Translations under genes and position numbers: made by a program
Notes under the pieces: model-generated
Told to the model about the DNA's origin: nothing
Database searches by the model: none
What the model saw: only the letters and a program-made list of their open reading frames with translations
Shown here: piece after piece, positions 1 through 6,803 of the stretch
Numbering within the stretch: position 1 is the stretch's first letter
Layout of the letters: every line of letters begins with the position of its first letter
Source: a virus
Lineage: Duplodnaviria > Caudoviricetes
DNA length: 41,365 nt
IMG/VR virus record: IMGVR_UViG_3300033434_000010
Location: 1 to 41,365 of that record
Reading direction: 5' to 3' (one strand)

Positions 1-127
1 AAATACCGGATTGCAGTAGGCAAAAGTAAAACTCCGACACCGATTGGCGAGTGGAATGTGGTATGGAAAGACTATGATTGGGGAACCGGATTTGGAACAC
101 GCTGGATGGGGCTAAATGTGCCTTGGG
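1..127 (+). pseudogene. Host L,D-transpeptidase (YkuD family), upstream part, interrupted by the prophage
   Basis: Frame 1 reads KYRIAVGKSKTPTPIGEWNVVWKDYDWGTGFGTRWMGLNVPW, typical of a YkuD N-terminal half. It continues in frame at 41248. ORF 58..261 is this frame reading through into phage DNA. Confidence 0.9.
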
Positions 128-149
128 CTAGGCCCTGTGGCAGACTACA
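100..149 (+). other. Left attachment junction (host half + phage half); core TGGG 124-127
   Basis: Host LDT coding sequence stops after TGG(W) 124-126. The phage arm contains AGACTACA (142-149), the reverse complement of TGTAGTCT at the right junction. Confidence 0.85.
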
Positions 150-227
150 GAAAGATGACCTCCTGCCGCTAATAAACTTGACAGCAGTAATAGGACATGC
201 TAAGGTAGACCTAAGTGAATTTACCTC

Positions 228-527
228 AAAAATTTCTGAGGGGTCTAGTTCAATCTTCTAAAATGAGAAGTTCCCCCCGTAGGGTTCTCCTCTATATAGT
301 TGAGAGTCCTTCTCATTCTCTGTGATTCTCACTTTCAATTAGCCTTGAAATATACCAATGATTACCAAAAGAATAGGCCGAGATAACATAAACGATATTA
401 TCGGACATAGTATGGGAATAACTGTAAGATGGACATGAGGTTATCAATAGGTAGCTTGAGGTCTGTCTTATCGCGGTACTAGGAAACTAAAGTAGTGTTA
501 GGGTTTCTATATTTGTCATCATCTGTT
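228..527 (+). repeat. Putative single copy of the phage terminal-repeat / concatemer-junction region
   Basis: AAAAATTTCTGAG (228-240) followed by AAGTTCCCCCCGTAGGG (268-284) resembles the sequence around the start of the T7 terminal repeat as I recall it. ATCTGTT (521-527) matches the T7 class II pause/terminator at the concatemer junction. The region is non-coding. Confidence 0.5.
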
Positions 528-696
528 TTGATTCATGACCAGGTACTAATATCAGATACTAAGACCAGCCCTTAAGTTCTCCTCCTCCAGGTAATACTCC
601 AAGTATATCTAATGTAGTAGCAACAGCAGCAGGGAGCGTAGAGGATTACTAGTAGAACCCTAAAGGAGAATGATTATCTATAAGGAGGCTCTAGGA

Positions 697-1182
697 GTGT
701 ATAAAAGGCTAATACTATTGATAGTACTTGCGGTGTCCTTAGGTATTTCTCCAGGGCAAGCTGAGGGTGATTCCTATAATCGCCTTGAGAAGCTTACAGA
801 GGATTCTAAGGTGATTATTTACTTAGAAAATGACACACTATCTTCTAATCTTAGTGAGAGTAGTGACCACATACCTAGTGTCTATAAGGCAGGTGCTTGG
901 TTGTGTTTTACACCTAAAGATAATTCTACAGAAGAACTCCGGGTTTACTACAGGTGGGAAATTACACCATCAACAGAACAAGCCAAGGCTAAAAGGATTG
1001 CCTCTCTCCGCTATAAAGATGGGGTGTTTATATCAGGAAGTGGGGAGCAGGACTGGCAGGAGATACTTAAAGGCACTAATGGATATGACCTTGCTAATCG
1101 AGTATTCTCTATAAGTGTCTTAGAATGGGATTTATATAACTACATGCTGACAGGTAAATCTAAACTGAACGTAGTAAAATAA
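697..1182 (+). CDS. Exported protein with signal peptide (moron; possible superinfection exclusion)
   Basis: AAGGAGG SD before GTG 697 (the track start at 670 also has an SD). N-terminus MYKRLILLIVLAVSLGISPGQA looks like a Sec signal. Followed by a terminator. Confidence 0.7.
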   Translation: MYKRLILLIVLAVSLGISPGQAEGDSYNRLEKLTEDSKVIIYLENDTLSSNLSESSDHIPSVYKAGAWLCFTPKDNSTEELRVYYRWEITPSTEQAKAKRIASLRYKDGVFISGSGEQDWQEILKGTNGYDLANRVFSISVLEWDLYNYMLTGKSKLNVVK

Positions 1183-1189
1183 TATAAAC

Positions 1190-1244
1190 AAATAAAGGCC
1201 ACCTTGAGGAACCCTATTAGAAGGTCTCAAGGTGGCCTTTATTT
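1190..1244. terminator. Bidirectional intrinsic terminator
   Basis: AAATAAAGGCCACCTTGAG...CTCAAGGTGGCCTTTATTT perfect inverted repeat between convergent genes. Confidence 0.9.
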
Positions 1245-1250
1245 ATATTT

Positions 1251-1556
1251 CTAGCGATCATCCTTGGGAGTAGACCGCTGGAGGAGACTGTCACCGTGTA
1301 GCCGTTTCTTATCAATTAGTCGCCTCATAGCTAAATATTGGGTGTCTGCTTGAATTTCCTCAATGTCACCTTGAAGCTGTCCTAAGACGCTGTGAGTAAA
1401 CTTAATGTCCGTTCTTAGCTCCGTGAAATTCTGTTGAGTACTTTGCTTAAAGTCCAGGAAATTTGCCTTGATATATTTGACTTCAGCTTTTATATCTTTA
1501 ATTTCCTTAAGGATAGTCTGGAGTAATTCTATTTCACTACTAGCCATATCCATCAC
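1251..1556 (-). CDS. Hypothetical coiled-coil protein
   Basis: 101-aa ORF with heptad pattern and a GAGGAG SD on the minus strand (1558-1563). Ends at the bidirectional terminator. Confidence 0.7.
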   Translation of the reverse strand: MMDMASSEIELLQTILKEIKDIKAEVKYIKANFLDFKQSTQQNFTELRTDIKFTHSVLGQLQGDIEEIQADTQYLAMRRLIDKKRLHGDSLLQRSTPKDDR

Positions 1557-1592
1557 ACTCCTCTATAATATTATACCTTATGTTGAGTCTTG

Positions 1593-1631
1593 AGGCCACT
1601 GATAGATTAATTTCTATTGGTGGTCTTTTTT
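1593..1631 (+). terminator. Plus-strand intrinsic terminator lying between two minus-strand genes
   Basis: AGGCCACTGATAGA/TCTATTGGTGGTCT stem whose G-U pairs only form on the + strand, followed by a T tract. Confidence 0.65.
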
Positions 1632-1649
1632 GTGTGTTTAGTTAGGCTT

Positions 1650-1853
1650 TCATTCAGATTTCTTAAGCCATTTAATTTCATAACCAATATTAGATAATAC
1701 CTTTTCTAGCTCTAAGTACCTAATAGTGCCAGTGTTTAGCTTCTTATTAAGGTTTTGCTGATTAAATCCACTTTCCTTATATACTTGAGTTTCTGATTTT
1801 CCTTCAATCAGTAATAACTTGCGCAGCTCAAGGGTTAATTGTTCAGGTGTCAC
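1650..1853 (-). CDS. Small helix-turn-helix protein, putative prophage repressor
   Basis: 67 aa with XRE/Cro-like HTH pattern (SETQVYKESGFNQQNLNKKLNTG..RYLELEKVL..IGY), AGGAGG SD, divergent from the lytic operon. Confidence 0.75.
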   Translation of the reverse strand: MTPEQLTLELRKLLLIEGKSETQVYKESGFNQQNLNKKLNTGTIRYLELEKVLSNIGYEIKWLKKSE

Positions 1854-1884
1854 CTAGATTCGCCTCCTATATCTTAATGGATTA

Positions 1885-1913
1885 ATCATATCAAATAAAA
1901 TTGCAGTTGTCTA
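1885..1913 (-). promoter_or_regulatory. Sigma-A/70 promoter for the repressor (TAGACA-17-TATGAT)
   Basis: Minus strand -35 at 1908-1913 and -10 at 1885-1890, 17-bp spacer. Confidence 0.7.
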
Positions 1914-1986
1914 CAGTTAAAAGTTGTTGACAACAGTGTTTGACAGTGATAATATGTAATTAACAGCTAATCACTGTAGGTAACAG
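1904..1986. promoter_or_regulatory. Five operator-like repeats NNGT-N5-ACAG
   Basis: ACAG at 1913, 1933, 1943, 1963, 1983. The best copy is the palindrome CTGT-AGGTA-ACAG (1974-1986). The repeats overlap both promoters. Confidence 0.6.
1927..1955 (+). promoter_or_regulatory. Sigma-A/70 early lytic promoter (TTGACA-17-TAATAT)
   Basis: Consensus -35 at 1927-1932 and TAATAT at 1950-1955, upstream of the rightward early operon. Confidence 0.75.
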
Positions 1987-2107
1987 CTAAAATCTAACCC
2001 ACTAAAGATGATTTTATTCCCTGAATTTCCAGCTCTCATGTTAACAGAGAAATTTGATGGTCAAGGTAAGTCATACTTTGGGTTTATTTAAAAGGAGGTC
2101 TTGAAGG

Positions 2108-2251
2108 ATGACCAAGAGACTACAAAAGGAAAACCTAAGCTGCTACGACAGCAAGTGTCAGGAATGCCTCAAGGACTTCGCAAGCAGGGAAGATTATAAC
2201 GAATATTGCAGGAACTGCACAGGGACAGATGAGGAGGACAAGCAAGCATGA
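2108..2251 (+). CDS. Small Cys-rich early protein (47 aa, CxxC...CxxC)
   Basis: Not in the ORF track. AAGGAGG SD, MTKRLQKENLSCYDSKCQECLKDFASREDYNEYCRNCTGTDEEDKQA, ATGA overlap with the next gene. Confidence 0.65.
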   Translation: MTKRLQKENLSCYDSKCQECLKDFASREDYNEYCRNCTGTDEEDKQA

Positions 2252-2454
2252 AAAAGTCTAATCTTTATGGTAAGAAGGTAGCTAATTTTAGAGGATGGTC
2301 TATCTACAAACAGGGCTGTGAAGAGACTGCAGTAACTTATGATCTCTATCTACCAGAACAATCACCACATTATATGGATTATCCGGAATGGTCCACAGAT
2401 AGTCTGGAAGAGGCAAAAGAGTTTATTAGAGATTATAACAAGGAGGTCAAATAA
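2248..2454 (+). CDS. Hypothetical early protein
   Basis: GAGGAGG SD, 68 aa, operonic spacing. Confidence 0.75.
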   Translation: MKKSNLYGKKVANFRGWSIYKQGCEETAVTYDLYLPEQSPHYMDYPEWSTDSLEEAKEFIRDYNKEVK

Positions 2455-2455
2455 A

Positions 2456-2974
2456 ATGACTATTAAAATTGCATTGACAAACCTAGGGAAATACAACGAG
2501 GGCAACCTCATCTACAAATGGGTAGAGCTTCCGGCTACTGAGGAGGAACTCAAGGCTGCAATGGATGCTATAGGGATTAATGAAGAGTATGAGGAGTTCT
2601 TTATCACTGATTCTGAGACTGATATAGAAGGGCTTAAGATTGGCGAATATGAGAACCTGGACAATCTTAATGAATTAGCTGAAGAGCTTGAGAACCTCAC
2701 AGATGACGAACTAGAAATAGTGTCTGCAATCCTGGAAGTACCTCTTCATATGACCTAGAGGGGGGCTCTAGAGCTCCTCAGGGAGGGTGACTACAGCTAT
2801 TATTCAGACATCACTGATGAAACTGAACTAGGTGAATATGTAGTTGAGGAAGGTCTCTTTGGTGAAGTTCCTGAGAATCTCCGTAACTATCTAGATTATG
2901 AAGCCATAGGGAGTGATTGGAGAATAAACGCTGGAGGGTCCTTCACTTCTAAAGGTTACATAGAGTTTCACTGA
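2456..2974 (+). pseudogene. ardA: Antirestriction protein ArdA with internal TAG at 2756-2758
   Basis: MTIKIALTNLGKYNEGNLIYKWVELP...EEFFITD at the N-terminus. After the TAG the same frame continues ...ELGEYVVEEGLFGEVPENLRNYLDYEAIGSDW...FTSKGYIEFH*, a typical ArdA C-terminus. Strongly acidic. Confidence 0.85.
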
Positions 2975-2976
2975 TA

Positions 2977-3054
2977 TGTCGAAACCTCTAGATTCTTTTG
3001 CAGGGTCTGGAGGTCTACCGAGGGATAGCCGCCCGGTACTGATGAGACAGGCTA
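2977..3054 (+). ncRNA. Type II hammerhead ribozyme (HH1)
   Basis: TGTC-GAAA-stem III(ACCTCTAGA/TCTGGAGGT)-C3015 cleavage site (GUC)-stem I(TACCG/CGGTA)-CTGATGA-GACA. Loop TAGCC pairs with 3' tail GGCTA (pseudoknot). Confidence 0.9.
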
Positions 3055-3076
3055 AAGATAAAGGAGAGATGATAAC

Positions 3077-3466
3077 ATGTATGATTTTGACACTAGGCAT
3101 AAGGTAGCTAGTGGTACTGCCAATCCAACCCATTTCTGGTCAGGTAACTGTCAGGAAATCCGTGAGGAACTCCTCCGACAAGCTGTAAAGTCCTGTGATA
3201 TGTATGCTACCGATATTCTTATCCTTTTAGAACGTAGTAGCGGAACTATGGAGGCTTTCCTAAAGGTTGATGGTCATGCCCATATTGAGATTTACTTTAT
3301 GAGAAGTGGTTGCGCATGGGCTTTGAAAACTCATGAAGGTCTAATAGGTAATGTTGGCAGCTTACCTTTTCAATATCGTGCAGCTATGGTGTTAACTAAA
3401 GAGCCTCATCCTGAGTTTTCTGATGAGTATAACTTTGCACTCTACAGCCTTTCAGGTACTGTGTGA
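3077..3466 (+). CDS. Hypothetical early protein flanked by two ribozymes
   Basis: AAGGAG SD, 129 aa. Confidence 0.8.
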   Translation: MYDFDTRHKVASGTANPTHFWSGNCQEIREELLRQAVKSCDMYATDILILLERSSGTMEAFLKVDGHAHIEIYFMRSGCAWALKTHEGLIGNVGSLPFQYRAAMVLTKEPHPEFSDEYNFALYSLSGTV

Positions 3467-3542
3467 GTCGAAACCTAAGGAGCCCTTCAAGGCTCCTGAT
3501 GGTCTTCCGGAGATAGCCTCCCGGAACCGATGAGACAGGCTA
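3467..3542 (+). ncRNA. Type II hammerhead ribozyme (HH2, variant core CCGAUGA)
   Basis: GTC-GAAA-stem III(ACC..GGAGCC/GGCTCC..GGT)-C3504-stem I(TTCCGG/CCGGAA)-CCGATGA-GAC. Loop TAGCCT pairs with tail AGGCTA. Stems differ from HH1 while pairing is preserved. Confidence 0.85.
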
Positions 3543-3720
3543 ACTAGTCGAGCAAGCTTAGGTCAACCTAAATTTGAGCTGACTTGAGCTAACTTGAAGG
3601 TCAACCTATGCTAAGTCAGCTTTTGGCCTCTTTGGTTTTTCCTGCTAGACTACAAACAGATGTTCCCTTACAACTAAATAGGGACAGGCCAATGTGTAGA
3701 TTAAATCAAAAGGGAGATGC

Positions 3721-3879
3721 ATGCACAATATGAAGAAACCACAGTTAGACGCTTATGAACTATCGGGGAAACTTGCTTCAGCTTTAGATAACCGAAATTG
3801 GCGAGAGGTTGAAGAGTGTTTTCGTATTCTGATAAGTCATAAGAAGCAACTACAAACGTACAATAGCAAACGCAAATAA
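3721..3879 (+). CDS. Small hypothetical protein (52 aa)
   Basis: AAGGGAG SD, MHNMKKPQLDAYELSGKLASALDNRNWREVEECFRILISHKKQLQTYNSKRK; below the track cut-off. Confidence 0.55.
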   Translation: MHNMKKPQLDAYELSGKLASALDNRNWREVEECFRILISHKKQLQTYNSKRK

Positions 3880-3917
3880 TTGGGTAATCTCCAACAATTT
3901 CAAACTGTGTTAAGAGA

Positions 3918-3958
3918 AGGGTTTAGTGGTCTGCAGCTACTGAGTCCTACTTTTTTTT
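3918..3958 (+). terminator. Terminator-like hairpin immediately upstream of the RNAP gene
   Basis: 13-bp stem AGGGTTTAGTGGT/GCTACTGAGTCCT with 5 G-U pairs, followed by AC and T8. Confidence 0.55.
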
Positions 3959-3988
3959 GTCCAATAAACGAAAAGGGAGAGGATACTA

Positions 3989-6622
3989 ATGGAAAAATAT
4001 ATCAGATTATACGGAAAAGAACTCTTTGACGAGGAACTCAAACTGGAAGACTATTATAGGGAACTAGCCCAAGACTCCTTACAGACCACTATTGATAAAG
4101 CTGTAGCAAATTCTCAAGTTGAGTCCACACAAGTAGGTAAAAAGTTAGTAAGCTATGGTCTGGAGGATGCAAGGAAGGCAGTAGAAATCTGGTATGAAGA
4201 CCTTAAGAAGCCTAAAAGAGGCGTAAAGCCAACCTATAGTATAATCATTTTGGACATGCTGAAGATATTCCAGAAGAGTTGTAAGAGTCTTGATGACCCA
4301 CAAGAGGAAGCCCTGCAGAAGGCTGAGAGAGAATCTGAATTAATTGACCTCATAACCTATATAACCTTAGCTACTATAATAAACACCATAGGGAGACCTG
4401 ATGGAATACCCTGCAATAATGTTGCTCATATAGTAGCAAAGGAGCTGCAGGAGGAATTGAAGGTAGAAGCCTTTATCAATACATTACCTAAGCATACCCT
4501 AAAGGGGCTCCTTGAAGGTATTAAGACTAGAGGAGACAAGCACTACAAGACCTATTATGCACGTCAAGCAATGGTGAAGCAAGGCTTTGAGTGGTCTAAA
4601 TGGAACAAGAAAGACATGCTGATACTGGCTAGGCAGCTAATACAACTAGTTGTTGAGGGCTCAGGGTATTTTGAAATAGTTCTCCCACATACAGAGAAGG
4701 GAGATGGACAGGACATCATACAGCCAACTGACTGGCTCCTTAAGGCATGGACCTCAAACACTGACAAGCTCCTCAATAGGGTCTTTCACAACTGCCCTAT
4801 GGTTATACCTCCACTTCCCTGGACTTCCTTAAAGAATGGAGGTTACTATGGAGCCCTCCACGGTAGACATACATTGTTGAGGTCAGAGTCCCTCCGAGGT
4901 AGTGACCAGTCAGTATTTACCAAAGAGTATCTTGAGCGTATGGAAGAGGCTGACATCTCAGAGGTAAAGGAAGCTATAAACATTATTCAACAGACTCCCT
5001 GGAGGATTAATAAGGAAGTGTTTAGGGTACTAGAAGCAATCCTTGAGGCTGGTGGGGATATCGCAGAGGTTCCAAGCCTGAGGGAGCTCCCACAGACACC
5101 AAACCTCCCAGAAGGATACACAGAGGAGGAGCTCAAGAGACATAAAAAGAGGAAATGGGAGACATACAAAAAGGAGGTCACACGCAGATCAGTGGCCTCA
5201 AGGTGCTTAAGTCATTTCAAGTTAGCTCAAAATTATCTGAAATATGAAAGAATTTATTTCCCTTACAATATGGATTTCAGAGGTAGAGTCTATCCTATAT
5301 CTAGCTTCAGCCCTCAAAGTGATGATGTAAACAAGGGGCTCCTGGAGTTTGCTGATGCTCCCCCCTGCAATACTATGGATGACATTAAAATGTTAATGAT
5401 ACATGGTGCAAATGTGGCAGGAGTGGACAAGGTTTCCTTTAAAGAGAGGCAGCAATGGGTCTTAGATCACGAAGAGCAAATCCTCAGGAGTGCTGCAGAC
5501 CCTCTAGGTTACCGTTGGTGGGCTGAGCAGGATGATTCTAGCTTCCAGCTTCTAGCCTTCTGCTTTGAGTGGTCAAGATGGAAAGACTACTATGCGACCT
5601 ATAAGACAGCTAAAGGCTTTGCCTGCAATATTCCTGTGGCGTTTGATGGAACCTGTTCGGGCCTTCAGCATTATTCAGCACTTCTCAGAGACTCCATAGG
5701 TGGTACTGCTGTTAATTTAGTACCTGGAGAGGCTCCAAATGACATCTATGGTGTAGTGGCAAAAGGTGTCATTAAGCTGCTAGAGAAAGACCTGGAGAAG
5801 GGTACAGGGGACGAACAGACACAATATGAGGATAGGAGTATAATGAAGTTTGGAACGCGCTCACTCGCTCAACAATGGTTAACCTATGGGGTAACGCGCA
5901 AGGTTACTAAAAGAAGTGTTATGACCCTCCCCTACGGCTCTAAAGAGTTTGGCTTTAAACAACAACTATTAGAAGATGTCATAAAACCAGCCCAAAAGGA
6001 AGGCAGAGGCGACATGTTTATTTCTCCTACGCAGTCTGCTCAGTATATGGCAAAGAAGATTTGGCAGGTAGTTCAGAAGGTAGTAGTTAAGGCCATGGAG
6101 GGCATGAAGTACCTGCAAGAGGTCTCCCGCAAGGTCTGCGGAGAAGGTAGAATAATTACTTGGGTCACACCTATGGGACTCCCTATACAGCAGGCATATA
6201 TGGTATATAGTGCTGAAAAAATTCAACCTCGGCTGTCTAATGGTTGCCGTAAATGGATATACACTCAGACACCTACAGGTAATATAGATAAGCATGCTCA
6301 AGTTAATGGTATTGCTCCTAACTTTATTCATAGCCTTGATGCTTCACATTTGCAGTTAACAGTACTCAATAGCCGTAAAGGAGGAATAAAGCATTTTGCA
6401 TTAATACATGATAGTTTCGGATGCCCTGCAAGTCAAGCAGCTACCCTTTTTAAGACAGTTAGAGAGTCTTTTATTCAGCTATACACGCAGTATAATCCCT
6501 TAGAGACCTTTACACAGAACTTAGCTATGTACTTAGAATACCCTGAAGACCTCCCTGATATACCCAAAAAGGGAAATTTAGACTTGAATATCCTTAGAGA
6601 ATCCCTTTATATGTTTGCTTAA
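3989..6622 (+). CDS. T7-like single-subunit DNA-directed RNA polymerase (gp1)
   Basis: 877 aa; DFRGRVY, FDGTCSGLQH (motif A), RKVTKRSVMTLPYGS (motif B), IHDSFG (motif C), C-terminal YMFA. Confidence 0.98.
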   Translation: MEKYIRLYGKELFDEELKLEDYYRELAQDSLQTTIDKAVANSQVESTQVGKKLVSYGLEDARKAVEIWYEDLKKPKRGVKPTYSIIILDMLKIFQKSCKSLDDPQEEALQKAERESELIDLITYITLATIINTIGRPDGIPCNNVAHIVAKELQEELKVEAFINTLPKHTLKGLLEGIKTRGDKHYKTYYARQAMVKQGFEWSKWNKKDMLILARQLIQLVVEGSGYFEIVLPHTEKGDGQDIIQPTDWLLKAWTSNTDKLLNRVFHNCPMVIPPLPWTSLKNGGYYGALHGRHTLLRSESLRGSDQSVFTKEYLERMEEADISEVKEAINIIQQTPWRINKEVFRVLEAILEAGGDIAEVPSLRELPQTPNLPEGYTEEELKRHKKRKWETYKKEVTRRSVASRCLSHFKLAQNYLKYERIYFPYNMDFRGRVYPISSFSPQSDDVNKGLLEFADAPPCNTMDDIKMLMIHGANVAGVDKVSFKERQQWVLDHEEQILRSAADPLGYRWWAEQDDSSFQLLAFCFEWSRWKDYYATYKTAKGFACNIPVAFDGTCSGLQHYSALLRDSIGGTAVNLVPGEAPNDIYGVVAKGVIKLLEKDLEKGTGDEQTQYEDRSIMKFGTRSLAQQWLTYGVTRKVTKRSVMTLPYGSKEFGFKQQLLEDVIKPAQKEGRGDMFISPTQSAQYMAKKIWQVVQKVVVKAMEGMKYLQEVSRKVCGEGRIITWVTPMGLPIQQAYMVYSAEKIQPRLSNGCRKWIYTQTPTGNIDKHAQVNGIAPNFIHSLDASHLQLTVLNSRKGGIKHFALIHDSFGCPASQAATLFKTVRESFIQLYTQYNPLETFTQNLAMYLEYPEDLPDIPKKGNLDLNILRESLYMFA

Positions 6623-6625
6623 ATT

Positions 6626-6644
6626 TAATTGGCACACATATTGA
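6626..6644 (+). promoter_or_regulatory. Phage RNAP promoter 1 (TAATTGGCACACATATTGA)
   Basis: Intergenic repeat directly after the RNAP gene, the position of T7 phi1.1A; same motif found 6 times, all on +. Confidence 0.85.
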
Positions 6645-6658
6645 ATAGAAATTAACAA

Positions 6659-6700
6659 GGAACACCTTAAGATATTGCTTTGATATCCTTAAGGTGTTCC
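6659..6700 (+). other. Long hairpin, putative RNase III processing site
   Basis: GGAACACCTTAAG...CTTAAGGTGTTCC inverted repeat without a U tract, between promoters 1 and 2. Confidence 0.55.
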
Positions 6701-6710
6701 TGTCTATTTC

Positions 6711-6729
6711 TAATTGGCACACATATTGA
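6711..6729 (+). promoter_or_regulatory. Phage RNAP promoter 2
   Basis: Exact copy of TAATTGGCACACATATTGA. Confidence 0.85.
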
Positions 6730-6803
6730 ACTAAAGAAGGTGATTATCAAACAACCTTAATTGATACTAAGAATCACTATCAATAACTAAAGGAGATGAA
6801 TGA

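Noticed and set aside
58-261. 67-aa ORF as an independent gene
   Set aside because: It is the host L,D-transpeptidase frame running across the att junction into phage DNA.
2339-2455. Upstream extension of the ArdA ORF in the track
   Set aside because: Overlaps gene 2248-2454; the AAGGAGG SD and ArdA similarity point to ATG 2456.
2756-2758. Genome-wide TAG recoding or pyrrolysine read-through
   Set aside because: TAG ends several normal-length genes (e.g. 8438, 33542, 36329), and compensating indels explain the ardA stop more simply.
3483-3497. CCCTTCAAGGCTCCT shared between HH2 and 38483-38497
   Set aside because: CCTTNAGG-type words are frequent throughout this phage, so a functional link cannot be supported without statistics.
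6626-6729. Promoter repeat pairs as a mini CRISPR array
   Set aside because: Only two copies per locus with unequal spacing, dispersed at T7 promoter positions, and no cas genes.
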